Source: Malacoraja senta
Taxonomy: Eukaryota
Length of the DNA stretch: 64,000 nt
Assembly: GCA_038087875.1 (NCBI GenBank)
Contig: JAXLNO010004626.1
Span: 1 to 64,000 of the forward strand
Reading direction: 5' to 3'
Positions 36,118 to 48,196 of this stretch are shown piece after piece; position 1 is the stretch's first letter; each line of letters starts with the position of its first letter. The notes below the pieces were generated by a model. It was given only the letters and a program-made list of their open reading frames with translations, was not told the origin of the DNA and made no database searches. The position numbers and the translations under genes were made by a program.

Positions 36118-39100
36118 TATATTGTAAATAGCTGGGATCCCAGCACTGAGCCTTGTGGTACCTCACTAGTCACTGCCTGCCATTCTGAAAAGGACCCGTT
36201 TACTCATACTCTTTGCTTCCTGTCTGCCAGCCAGTTCTCTATCCACATCAATACTGAACCCCCATTACCGTCTGCTTTAAGTTTGCATACTAATCTCTTA
36301 TGTGGGACCTTGTTGAAAGCCTTCTGAAAGTCCAGATATAACACATCCACTGGTTCTCCCTTATCCACTCTACTAGTTACATTCTCGAAAAATTCTATAA
36401 GATTCGTCAGACATGATTTACCTTTCATAAATCCATGCTGACTTTGTCCAATAAATTCACCACTTTCCAAATGTGCTGCTATCCCATCTTTAATAATTGA
36501 CTCTAGCATTTTCCCCACTACCGATGTTAGACTAACTGGTCTTTAATTCCCCGTTTTCTCTCTCCCTTCCTTTTTAAAATGTGGGGTTACATTAGCTACC
36601 CTCCAATCCTCAGGAACTACTCCAGAATCTAAAGAGTTTTGAAAATGTATCACTAATGCATCCATTATTTCTGGGGCTACTTCCTTAAGTACTCTGTGAT
36701 GCAACTTATCTGTCCCTGGGGATTTATCGGCCTTTAATCCATTCAATTTACCTAACACCACTTCCCAGCTAACCTGGATTTCACTCAGTTCCTCCAACTC
36801 ATTTGACCAGCGGTCCCCTGCTATTTCCGGCAGATTATTTATGTCTTCCTTAGTGAAGACAGAACCAAAGTAGTTATTCAATTGGTCTGCCATGTCCTTG
36901 TTACCCATGATCAATTCGCCTGTTTCTGACTGCAAGGGACCTACATTTGTTTTAATTAATCTTTTTCTCTTCATATATCTATAAAAATGTTTGCAGTCAG
37001 TTTTATGTTCCCTGCCAGTTTTCTTTCATAATCTATTTTCCCTTTCCTAATTAAGCCCTTTGTCCTCCTCTGCTGGACTCTGAATTTCTCCCAGTCCCCT
37101 GGTAGGCTGCTTTTTCTGGCTAATTTGTATGCTTCATCTTTTGTTTTGATACTATCCCTGATTTCGCTTGTTATCCACGGATGCACTACCTTCCCTGATT
37201 TATTCTTTTGCCAAACTGGGATGAACAATTGTTGTAGTTCATCCATGCGGTCTTTAAATGCCTTCCATTGCATATCCACCGTCAACCCTTTAAGAATCAA
37301 TTGCCAGTCTATTTTGGCTAATTCACATCTCATACCCTCAAAGTTACCTTTCTTTAAGTTCAGGACCCTTGTTTCTGAATTAACAATGTCACTCTCCATC
37401 CTAATGAAGAACTCAACCATATTATGGTCACTCTTGCCCAAGGGGCCACTCACAACAAGACTGCTAACTAACCCTTCCTCATTCCTCAATACCCAGTCTT
37501 GAATAGCCTGCTCTCTCGTTGGTTCCTCTACATGTTGGTTTAGAAAACTACCCCACATACATTCCAAGAAATCCTCTTCCTCAGCACCCCTGCCAATTTG
37601 GTTCACCCAATCTATATGTAGATTGAAGTAACCCATTATAACTGTTTTACCTTTGTTGCACGCATTTCTAATTTCCTGTTTGATGCCATCCCCAACTCCA
37701 CTACTACTGTTAGGTGGCCTGTACACAACTCCCACTAGCGTTTTCTGCCCCTTAGTGTTTCGCAGCTCTACCCATATCGATTCCACATCCTCCAAGCTAA
37801 TGTCCTTCCTTTCCATTGCGTTAATCGCCTCTCTAACCAGCAACGCTACCCCACCTCCTTTTCCTTTCTGTCTATCCCTCCTGAATATTGAATATCCCTG
37901 GATGTTCAGCTCCCAGCCTTAGTCACCCTGGAGCCAAGTCTCCGTGATCCCATCTATATCATATTCATTAATAACTGTCTGCACATTCAACTCATCCACC
38001 TTATTACGAATGCTCCTTGCATTGAGACACAAAGCCTTCAGGCTTGTTTTTACAACACTCTTACCCCTTATACAATTATGTTGAAAAGTGGCCCTTTTTG
38101 ATTTTTCCCCTAGATTTGTCAGCCCTCTTCTACCCTCATTTTACACCCCTCTGTCTCTCTGTTCATGCTCCCACCCCCCTGCCACATTAGTTTAAATCCT
38201 CCCCGACAGTACTACCAAACACTCCCCCAAGGACATTGGTTCCATTGCAGCCCAGGTGCAGACCGTCCTGTTTGTGCTGGTCTCACCTCACCCAGAACTG
38301 GTTCCAATGCCATAGAAATTTGAATCCCTCCCCCTTGCACCATTTTTCAAGCCACGTATTCATCTGCAATATCCTCCTATTTCTATTCTGACTAACCGGT
38401 GGCACTGGTAGTAATCCAGAGATTATTAACTTTGAGGTCCTACTTTTAAGTTATCTCCTAGCTCCCTAAATTCACCTTGTAGGACCTCATCCCGTTTTTT
38501 TCCTATATCGTTGGTGCCAATGTGCACCACGACAGCTGGCTGTTCACCCTCCCCCTCCAGAACGTGCTGCAGCCGTTCAGTGACATCCCTGACCCTTGCA
38601 CCAGGGAGGCAACATACCATCCTGGAGTCTCATTTGCGGCCGCAGAAACGCCTTTCTATTCCCCTTACAATTGAATCCCATATTACTATAGCCCTTCCAC
38701 TCTGTTTTCTCCCCTCCTGTGCCGCAGAGCCACCCATGGTGCCATGAACTTGGCTGCTGCTGCCTTCCCCTGATGAGCCATCTCCCCCAACAGTATCCAA
38801 AGTGGTGTATCTGTTTATGAGGGAGATGACCGCAGGGGACTCCTGCACTACCTGCCTCCTGCTACGCTGGCTAATGGCCACCCATTCCCTTTCTGTCCGC
38901 TTAACTTTTACCTGCGGTGTGACCAACTCACTGTACGTGCTATTCACGACTTTCTCAGAATCGTGGATGCTCCAGTACGAATCCAACCGCAGCTCCAATC
39001 GTTCAATGCGGTCTGCCAGGAGCTGCAGCTGGACACACTTCCTGCAAACATAGTCACCAGGGACACCGACCATATCCCTGATCTCCCACATGTTGCAGGA

Positions 39101-39204
39101 TGAGCAAACCATGGGGCCGATCTCAACTGACATGGCTTACCCCCAAATTAAATCAACTCCCACTATAAAAATCTTAATCCTTTAAACTGTACCTTTACTA
39201 AAAA

Positions 39205-39640
39205 GCACTGTACCCTTAACTCACTGTACCCTTAACTCACTGTACCCTTAACTCACTGTACCCTTAACTCACTGTACCCTTAACTCATTGTACCCTTAAC
39301 TCACTGTACCCTTAACTCACTGTACCCTTCACTCACTGTACCCTTCACTCACTGTACCCTTAACTCACTGTACCCTTAACTCACTGTACCCTTAACTCAT
39401 TGTACCCTTAACTCACCGTACCCTTAACTCACTGTACCCTTAACTCACTGTACCCTTAACTCTGAACCCTTAACTCATTGTACCCTTAACTCACTGTACC
39501 CTTACCTCATTGTACTCTTAACTCACTGTACCCTTAACTCACTGTACCCCTAACTCACTGTACCCTTAACTCACTGTACCCTCAACTCACTGTACCCTTA
39601 ACTCACTGTACCCTTAACTCACTGTACCCGTAACTCACTG
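39205..39640. repeat. 16-bp minisatellite (cccttaactcactgta)n in the putative CR1 5'UTR
   Basis: More than 20 near-identical tandem units directly upstream of CR1 ORF1. Confidence 0.92.
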
Positions 39641-39747
39641 TCAGCTGCTCGCTCTAGTCCGCTTCCGCCAGAACACTTCCTTGGAAGTGTGATGGAACGT
39701 TACAGATTGGGTTCCTCTCGCTCCAACGGCTCCAGGGCCTTACATTA

Positions 39748-42327
39748 AGAGACACAGAGAGAAAGATAGAGAGAGAGAGACAGACAGAGAGAGAGAGACA
39801 GACACAGAGAGAGAGAGACAGACACAGTGAGAGAGANNNNNNNNNNNNNNNNNNNNNNNNNNNNNNNNNNNNNNNNNNNNNNNNNNNNNNNNNNNNNNNN
39901 NNNNNNNNNNNNNNNNNNNNNNNNNNNNNNNNNNNNNNNNNNNNNNNNNNNNNNNNNNNNNNNNNNNNNNNNNNNNNNNNNNNNNNNNNNNNNNNNNNNN
40001 NNNNNNNNNNNNNNNNNNNNNNNNNNNNNNNNNNNNNNNNNNNNNNNNNNNNNNNNNNNNNNNNNNNNNNNNNNNNNNNNNNNNNNNNNNNNNNNNNNNN
40101 NNNNNNNNNNNNNNNNNNNNNNNNNNNNNNNNNNNNNNNNNNNNNNNNNNNNNNNNNNNNNNNNNNNNNNNNNNNNNNNNNNNNNNNNNNNNNAGAGATA
40201 GGAAGAGAGAGACAGAGAGAGAGAGAGACAGAGAGAGACAGATAGAGAGAGACAGAGACAGAGTGANNNNNNNNNNNNNNNNNNNNNNNNNNNNNNNNNN
40301 NNNNNNNNNNNNNNNNNNNNNNNNNNNNNNNNNNNNNNNNNNNNNNNNNNNNNNNNNNNNNNNNNNNNNNNNNNNNNNNNNNNNNNNNNNNNNNNNNNNN
40401 NNNNNNNNNNNNNNNNNNNNNNNNNNNNNNNNNNNNNNNNNNNNNNNNNNNNNNNNNAGATACAGACAGCGAGAGACAGAGACAGAGAGACAGACAGGGA
40501 TGGAGAAATATGAGAGGCAGATACAGAGACAGAGAGAGCGAGTGAGGCAGAGAAAGTGAGAGAAAGACAGAAAGATAGAGATAGAGAGAGATGGAGAGAG
40601 AGAGGGAGGGACAGAGAGTGAGACGGAGAGAGAGATGGAGAGAAAAGAGAGCGAGAGACAGAGAGACAGACAGAGAGGGAACAGAGATAGAGAGAGACAG
40701 AGAGAGAGACAGAGAGAGAGGCAGAGAGAGGGGCAGAGAGAGGCACAGAGAGAGAGAGAGAAAATGAGAGAGAGAGAGAGAGAGATGGAGAGAGGCAGAG
40801 AGAGACAGAGAGTAACGGAGAGAGAGACATAAAGAGAGATAGAGAGAGAGAGAGTGGGAGAAAGAGAGAAAGTCGGATAGAGAGAGAGAAACGGAGAGAG
40901 TGAGACAGAGATGGAGAGAGAGACAGAGAGAGAGACAGAGCGAGACAAAGAGAGAGACAGAGAGACAGAGAGACAGAGAGAGACAGTCGGTGAGAGATTG
41001 AGTGAGACAGAGAGAGACGCANNNNNNNNNNNNNNNNNNNNNNNNNNNNNNNNNNNNNNNNNNNNNNNNNNNNNNNNNNNNNNNNNNNNNNNNNNNNNNN
41101 NNNNNNNNNNNNNNNNNNNNNNNNNNNNNNNNNNNNNNNNNNNNNNNNNNNNNNNNNNNNNNNNNNNNNNNNNNNNNNNNNNNNNNNNNNNNNNNCATTG
41201 TCCTGTCAGGGACACATGCCCATAAACTCACTTGAACTTGAACTTNNNNNNNNNNNNNNNNNNNNNNNNNNNNNNNNNNNNNNNNNNNNNNNNNNNNNNN
41301 NNNNNNNNNNNNNNNNNNNNNNNNNNNNNNNNNNNNNNNNNNNNNNNNNNNNNNNNNNNNNNNNNNNNNNNNNNNNNCGGAGAGTGACAGACAGAGAGAG
41401 GAGAGATGGGGAGATAGGGGGTGTGACAGAGTGAGAGAGAGTGTGAGAGAGAGAGAGAGAGATGCAGAAAGAGAGGGAGAAAGAGACATCGAGAGAGAGA
41501 GACACACGCAGAGGGAGAGACAGAGAGAGAGGAACAGAGAGGGGCTGAGAGAGCGAGAAAGAAAGAAGAGGGAGAAAGAGGGAGAATGAGAGGGAGAGTC
41601 AGAGAGAGGGACAGAGACAGAGAAACAGAGAGAGAGACAGAGAGGGGCAGAGAGAGAGAGAGATAGAGAGAGAGGCAGAGAAAGAGAGAACGAAAGACAG
41701 AGAGAGGGAGAGCCAGAGAGAGAAAAAGAGAGAGAGAGAGACAGAGAGAGAGGGAGAAAGAGAGAGAGACAGGCAGAGAGGGAGAGAAATGGAGAGATAA
41801 TGAGAGAGAGAGAGAGATGGAGAGACGGAAAGAGAGAGAGACGGAAAGAGAGAGAGAGACAGAAAGAGAGAGAGAGAGTCAGTGAGAGACGGAAAGAGAC
41901 AGAGAGAGGTGCAGAAGGAGAGACAGTGGAAGAGAGAGAGAAAGAGAGAGAGACACAGAGGGAGAGAGAGAGGGCGAGACAGATATAGACAGAGAGAGAG
42001 AGACAGAGAGAGAGGGTGGGANNNNNNNNNNNNNNNNNNNNNNNNNNNNNNNNNNNNNNNNNNNNNNNNNNNNNNNNNNNNNNNNNNNNNNNNNNNNNNN
42101 NNNNNNNNNNNNNNNNNNNNNNNNNNNNNNNNNNNNNNNNNNNNNNNNNNNNNNNNNNNNNNNNNNNNNNNNNNNNNNNNNNNNNNNNNNNNNNNNNNNN
42201 NNNNNNNNNNNGGGAGAGACTGAGTTAGAGAGAGACAGAGAGAGAGGGAGTGACAGAGAGAGACAGTGTGAGAGAGACAGAGAGAGTCTCAGTGAGAGAC
42301 AGAGACAGAAATAGACAGAAAGAGAGA

Positions 42328-42383
<56 letters not shown>

Positions 42384-43975
42384 CACAGAGAGAGAGGGAG
42401 ACAGCGATAGACATATACAATGGCAGGGCGAGAGAGAAAGAGAGAGAGGGAGAAAGAAGAGAGAGACAGAAAGAGAGAGAGTGTTTAATGTTTAATGTAT
42501 ATATCAACATTTAATGTATTCTGTTTGTATATATGTATAATGTATATATCAACGATTTGGCAGTAAAGCTGGACCAGAGCACAACGCCGGGGCTCTGTCT
42601 TCTGGACGGAGAGGTAAAATGCCTGTTTTATGATGTCCCCCACAGAACAGGGACCGCAGCAACAGTTGGACCTACTTGATGAGTACTGCCAAAATTGGGC
42701 CCTGGCAGTAAATCTAAAGAAAGCCAACATCATGATTTTTCAGAAAAGACCCAGATGTCAGTAAGATAAATACAAATTTACTCTCAATGGTATTATTATC
42801 GAACACACTATGAGCTATACTTACCTTGGTCTAACTGTTGCAGCATCAGGGAGCTTCAACATGGCAGTGAATGCACTAAAAGAGAAAGCTCGAAGAGCTC
42901 TGTATGCAATTAAAAGAAGATTCTACAACATCCAAATACCAATTAAAATCTGGTTTAAAATAACTACCCCTATTCAGTTAAACCCTATCCAGTTAAATCC
43001 TGACCAGCCTCAGATCAATACTGATCCCCTATCACCAGTTAGAGTGAACCAAATTATCAAACAATGTAAAGAAATGTATTTTGAACATTGGGATAAAGAA
43101 ACCAAAGGCCAAAGCAGATTAGAATGTTACCGTGCCCGAAAAAGAGATTATAAATTGGCAGACTATCTCTCAACTGTCAGAGACATAAAGCAGAGTCAGA
43201 CCCTCACCAAATACAGGTTAAGCGACCACTATTTGGCAGTTGAAAAAGGAAAACAGAAGAGATTCTGGCAAACAAGNNNNNNNNNNNNNNNNNNNNNNNN
43301 NNNNNNNNNNNNNNNNNNNNNNNNNNNNNNNNNNNNNNNNNNNNNNNNNNNNNNNNNNNNNNNNNNNNNNNNNNNNNNNNNNNNNNNNNNNNNNNNNNNN
43401 NNNNNNNNNNNNNNNNNNNNNNNNNNNNNNNNNNNNNNNNNNNNNNNNNNNNNNNNNNNNNNNNNNNNNNNNNNNNNNNNNNNNNNNNNNNNNNNNNNNN
43501 NNNNNNNNNNNNNNNNNNNNNNNNNNNNNNNNNNNNNNNNAGAGACACATAGGGAGAGAGAGAGAGAGGGGAAAGAGACACAGAGAGAGAGACAGAGAGT
43601 TAGAGNNNNNNNNNNNNNNNNNNNNNNNNNNNNNNNNNNNNNNNNNNNNNNNNNNNNNNNNNNNNNNNNNNNNNNNNNNNNNNNNNNNNNNNNNNNNNNN
43701 NNNNNNNNNNNNNNNNNNNNNNNNNNNNNNNNNNNNNNGGGCGACAGAGAGACAGTGAGAGAGACAGATAGAGAGAGAAAGACAGAGAGAGAGAGAGACA
43801 GAGAGAGAGAGACAGAGAGAGAGAGAGAGATAGAGAGACAGTGAGATAGAGAGGGAGAAAGACAGTTACAGAGAGAGAGAGACGAGAGGGACAGAGAGAG
43901 GGAGAGACAGACAAAGAGAAAGAGAGAGAGAGACAGAAAAAGAGAGAGACAGACATAGAGAGACAGAGAGAGAGT
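39748..43975. repeat. ~4-kb GA/GAGACA-rich polypurine array with seven N gaps
   Basis: Direct reading; gaps at about 39838-40193, 40267-40457, 41022-41195, 41246-41377, 42022-42211, 43277-43540, 43606-43738. Confidence 0.95.
42540..43276 (+). mobile_element. Non-LTR RT C-terminal fragment (RTE-X-like), internally deleted, within the GA array
   Basis: QQQLDLLDEYCQNWALAVN, YTYLGL, KEKARRALYAIK, TKYRLSDH..VEKG; the YADD segment is deleted; clade uncertain. Confidence 0.65.
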
Positions 43976-44050
43976 GCTGGAGTAACTCAGCGGGTCAGGC
44001 AGCATCTGTGGAGAGAAGGAATGGGTGACATTTTGGGTCGAGACCCTTCT
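43975..44050 (-). mobile_element. Penelope-type hammerhead repeat, truncated by the adjacent SINE
   Basis: Minus strand reads aagaaGGGTctcgACCCaaaatgtcacccattcc...gctgagttactccagca. Confidence 0.55.
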
Positions 44051-44052
44051 TT

Positions 44053-44365
44053 GGTTTAGTTCAGTTTAGAGATGCAGCGCGGAAACAGGTCTTTCGGCCC
44101 GCTGACTCCGCGCCGACCAGTGATCACCCCGTACACTAGCACTATCCTACGCACATTAGGGACAATATAACAATTTTGCGGAGGCCGATTAATCTACAAC
44201 CATGAACGTCTTTGAAATGTTGGAGGAAACCGGAGCACCTGGAGCAAAAACACGCAGGTCAAAGGGAGAACGTACAAACTCCGCACAGACAGCACCCATA
44301 GTCAGGATCGTACCTGGGTCTCTGGCGGAGAGGCAGCAACTGTACCGCTGCGCCACTGTGCCGCA
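44053..44365 (-). mobile_element. HE1/V-SINE-type SINE
   Basis: gtttagttcagtttag tail; ggaggaaaccggagcacc; gagaacgtacaaactcc; tRNA-like head. Confidence 0.85.
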
Positions 44366-44597
44366 CAGAATTATATAACGGTTTCCACCGCCACAAAACG
44401 CACCCAATATGTGCTAGTAATGTCCTGTTTGCCAGCTTGTTGACCCTCTGTGTTACCTTCCTGCAGGGTTTAGGAGCCGTTGCTGCGGACGGAGAGACGG
44501 GGACGTGAGCGGCCATTGAGGGCGGCCAGGGTGCCGGTGACCCCCCCCCCCCCCATCTGCTCGGTGTGTGGGCTGAACTTCGAGGGGCTGAGCTTCG

Positions 44598-45824
44598 ATG
44601 GAGGACCACATGAGGGGGCACAACAATGAGAAGCGTTATGAGTGCGACGTGTGTGGCAAGTAGTGTCAGCGCCCGAGCCAGCTGGAGATCCACCGGCGGG
44701 TTCACACGGGAGAACGCCCCTTCGACTGCTCGGAGTGTGGCAAGAGCTTCAAGTCGTCGCCGGAACTGAAGGTGCACAGGCGCCTGCACACCGGGGAACG
44801 ACCCTACACCTGCAGCGAATGCGGCAAGGGCTTCACCCAGTCCGGTCAGCTGCTGGTGCACCAACGCACCCACACCGGCGAGCGCCCCTTCACCTGCGCC
44901 CAGTGCGGCAAAGGCTTCACCCACTCCAGCACCCTGCAGGTGCACCAGCGCACACACACCGGCGAGCGCCCCTACACCTGCGCCAAGTGCGGCAAGGGCT
45001 TCACCCACCCTGGCAATCTGCTGGAGCACCAGCGCACCCACACCGGCGAGCGTCCCTACACCTGCACCCAGTGCGGCAAGGGCTTCACCTCCTCCAGCAG
45101 CCTGCTGTCCAACCAGCGCACACACACCGGCGAGCGCCCCTTCACCTGCGCCCAGTGCGGCAAGGGCTTCACTCACTCCAGCAGCCTGCTGTCCCACCAG
45201 CGCACCCACACCAGCGACCGCCCCTTCACCTGTACTCAATGCGGCAAGGGCTTCACCCAGTCCAGTCACCTGCTGAACCACCAGCACACCCACACTGGTG
45301 AGCGACCCTACACCTGCACCCAGTGCGGCAAGGGATTCACTCATCCCAGCAATCTGCTGCAGCACCAGCTCACCCACACTGGTGAGCGACCCTATACCTG
45401 CGCCCAGTGCGGCAAGGGCTTCACCCATTCCAGCACCCTGTTGGTGCACCAGCGCACCCACACTGGTGAGCGACCCTACACCTGCGCCCATTGCGAGAAG
45501 GGCTTCATCTGCTCCAGCCACCTGCTGTCCCACCAGCGCACCCACACCGGCGTGCACCCATACACCTGCGCCCAATGCGGCAAGGGCTTCGCCAGCGCCA
45601 CCAGGCTGCTGATCCACCAGCGGGTGCGCACCGGCGACCGTCCCGTCCCCAGCCCGGTGTGTGGAGATCGCTTTACCATGGCCTCCCTCCCCCAGTCTCA
45701 CCAGCGCGTGCACACCAGTGGCCAGCCCTACGACTGCCCGTACTGCGGTGAGGAGTTTGACAGCTCGCGGGGGTTGCGGCAGCACCGGCGGACCCACGCC
45801 GGCGAGCAGCTGCTCCCACTGTGA
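44598..45824 (+). pseudogene. Tandem C2H2 zinc-finger gene (~14 fingers, no KRAB/SCAN seen) with in-frame TAG at codon 22
   Basis: Acceptor cctgcag|G at 44466; ATG 44598 MEDHMRGHNNEKRYECDVCGK* (TAG 44661-44663); frame continues with HTGERP linkers to PL* at 45824; additional out-of-frame fingers to ~46110. Confidence 0.85.
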
Positions 45825-46949
45825 CAAGAGAGCACCGGGGCTGCGGGAGCACCAGCGGTTACACACCGGAGAGACACCCTTTGTGTGCACTGAGTGTGGC
45901 AAGGGTTTCACCCGCATGTCCAGCCTGTGGCAGCACCGGGGTACCCACAGCGGTGAGCGCCCCTTCCCCTGCCCGTCCTGTGTTAAGGGCTTCACCCGCT
46001 TTGACCACCTGCTGGAGCACCGGCGAGTCCACACCGGCCAGCAGCCCTTTGCCTACCCGCTCTGTGGCAAGGCCTTTGCCCGCTCCTCCAGCCTGATGGC
46101 ACACCGTTGCTTTTAAATTTGCTGAAAAACAGAAAGCATTCAAATTTAAAAGATAATTTTCCCAGCAGAATTATGGAAATCTTAGAAGCTTAGTTTGTAC
46201 TAATCATTGAAACAATGTATTGACAATGTATTAACATAGAGATGTATTGTCTGGGCACAGCACCATATTAGATATGTGTCTGAACTGCCTGTCCCAGCTA
46301 AGGACAAGGTAGTGGCTTTCATCCAGGTCTTACAAGCTTGTTTTAGTTCACAGACGGATACCCATTCTGGAACCAAGACGGAAGTCATTTGAAAACAAAA
46401 TGGAGTTTTCATTGCTTCCGGAATGGGCAGCTGTACTGAAGCTGTGCCAAGATTTGAGAATAAGGCTGACATTGCAAATATATGGGTCTAGCCTCCCTAG
46501 TTTCCCTTAGGCCACGGATCTTTCACTCGGATTTAGGTGTGTTTTATTGATAAAAAAATGTATAATTACTCTAACTTTCCTTTGTTCTTTGAGTGGAGCC
46601 CGAGAAGCACTGAGCAACGTGTGTGCTCTTTGTAGATCTCGACACTCCCCTATGGCAAATTGATTAAAAGATTGCTTTGGTTTACCTTTAACAATTTTGT
46701 TGCTGTCTACTTTCTTTAAGAGACGAACAGTGACAACTGTGCTCTTTGGAATTCTTCAGAATTAAGGTTGCACTATCAATAATGAAAGAAAATGCCAACC
46801 ATCTCCAGAAATGATAAGAAATTATTCTCGCCTCCATGCATATTTGTCGCCATAGGGCAGTCGCACACCTCCCCACTACTTCAAAGTTAGTTCCTGCACT
46901 TGGCAATATCGTTTGGTGTTTGGCGGCAGCAGGGCGACAGGCAGCCCGG

Positions 46950-47110
46950 CACCCGGGTGAATCACCCCATTGTGGGGGTCCGGGGTGGGGTGAATCACCC
47001 CATTGTGGAGGTCCGGGAGGGGGGGTGAATCATCACGGTGTGGGGGTCCGGGGGGGGTGAATCATCCCGGTGTGGGGGTCCGGGGGGGGGGGTGAATCAC
47101 CCTCGTAGGG
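46950..47110 (+). repeat. G-rich ~30-bp tandem repeat containing GGTGAATCA(CC)
   Basis: About five units ggtgaatcaccccattgtgggggtccgggg. Confidence 0.85.
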
Positions 47111-47299
47111 GGGTCGTGGTGCCGATGCAGCTCGGTCAGTGACTCTGGGTGGGTGGAGGGACCAGATTGTCCCCAACTCTGCTGCAGGTGACGGGGATGT
47201 TGCCGGGTTTATGGCCCCGTGTGTCCGCTGCCCGGAGCCGCAACCCCGCTACACCCGGCCCCGTGTGTGTGTGTGCGCTGCCGGCCCACAGCCCATGAC

Positions 47300-47780
47300 C
47301 GTGCGGTGGGAGCCAGGCCAGCTTGGGGAAGTAAGGTGGACGTGAGGTAGCCAGCTTGGGGGCATAAGGGGAATGGAGGTAGCCAGCTTGGGGGTGTAAG
47401 GGGAATGTGAGGTGGCCAGCTTGGGGGCGTAAGGGGAATGGGAGGTAGCCAGCTTGGGGTGTAAGGGGAATGGGAGTTAGCCACCTTGGGGGAGTAAGGG
47501 GAATGGGACGTAGCCAGCTTGGGGCGTAAGGGGCGGGAGGTCGCCAGATTGGGAGCTTAGGAGATGGGAGGTAGTCAGCTTAGGGGTGTAAGGTGTGGGA
47601 GGTAGCCAGCTTGGGGGAGTAGGAGATGGGAGGTAGTCAGCTTGGGGTGTAAGGGGTGGGAGCCAGGCCAGCTTGGGGGAGTAAGGGGAATGGGATGTAG
47701 CCAGCTTGGGGGAGTAAGGGGGATGGGAGGGAGCCAGCTTGGGAGAGTAAGGGGGATGGATGGGAGGTAGCCAGCTTGGG
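47300..47780 (+). repeat. G-rich ~33-bp tandem repeat (gtagccagcttgggggagtaaggggaatgggag)n
   Basis: More than ten diverged units. Confidence 0.9.
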
Positions 47781-48180
47781 GGCGGATGGGACAGGCGGAA
47801 CTGATAGCCCCGCGACAACATTGCTGCCACGAGGAGCAGCACCAACACTCACCGCCTTCCTGACCGATCTCGGGCCTGGACCAGCGAGGATGCCGCTGTC
47901 GTCGACCTCCCCGCGCGGCCTCACCCGTGGTCGTTGCCCCCGACCTTCACCGACTCACCGACAAAGCTGACCCTCGCTGCATTCCCGTTCATCCGCTGAC
48001 CGACACTTCGCCCGCGTGCCATTCCACTCCTCGTGGGCATCGACCAGCCCTGGCCGCTCCACCGCCCACCAGTGGGCAGCAGCCGTCGCCTTACCAGAGT
48101 CTTACCGGGCCTGGAGTCTCTACGCTGCACACTCTCCCACCACGTGTCTGACCGCGCTGGGACCTAATGCTCCCCCTCCT
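47780..48180 (-). promoter_or_regulatory. CpG-rich unique segment with several minus-strand splice-donor consensus sites; possible first exon(s)
   Basis: GTGAGT at 47958-47953 and 47852-47847; GTAAG twice near 48090-48106; no convincing coding frame. Confidence 0.3.
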
Positions 48181-48196
48181 CCTACATGAACGCTCA

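Larger units (their letters stand above)
33712..39700 (-). mobile_element. Near full-length CR1 (5'UTR, ORF1 zinc finger/leucine zipper plus SGNH esterase, ORF2 EN-RT), frameshifted, split by Tc1
   Basis: ORF1 pieces 38630..39133 (CSSC...CRKC, IVIWDS) and 38426..38620 (CLPGA, HIGTND); ORF2 pieces 36971..37843, 36543..36974, 36204..36518, 33796..34410. Confidence 0.93.

Noticed and set aside
39205-39640. Regular short repeats suggestive of a CRISPR array (also 2840-4270)
   Set aside because: No unique spacers, no cas genes, vertebrate context
39654-44005. Long SL/ER-rich ORFs spanning N runs
   Set aside because: Translations of GA microsatellite and assembly gaps
44259-46034. 591-aa minus-strand ORF
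   Set aside because: Antisense shadow of the GC-rich zinc-finger repeats; no independent domain
46150-46930. Unique AT-rich segment searched for MHC alpha1/alpha2 exons or a transposase
   Set aside because: No frame with the expected cysteines or motifs and no convincing splice sites; left unassigned
47477-47848. ORF with a signal-peptide-like start (LVLLLVAAMLSRG) as a possible MHC leader
   Set aside because: Non-ATG start preceded by an in-frame TGA, no phase-1 donor, and it runs into the 33-bp tandem repeat
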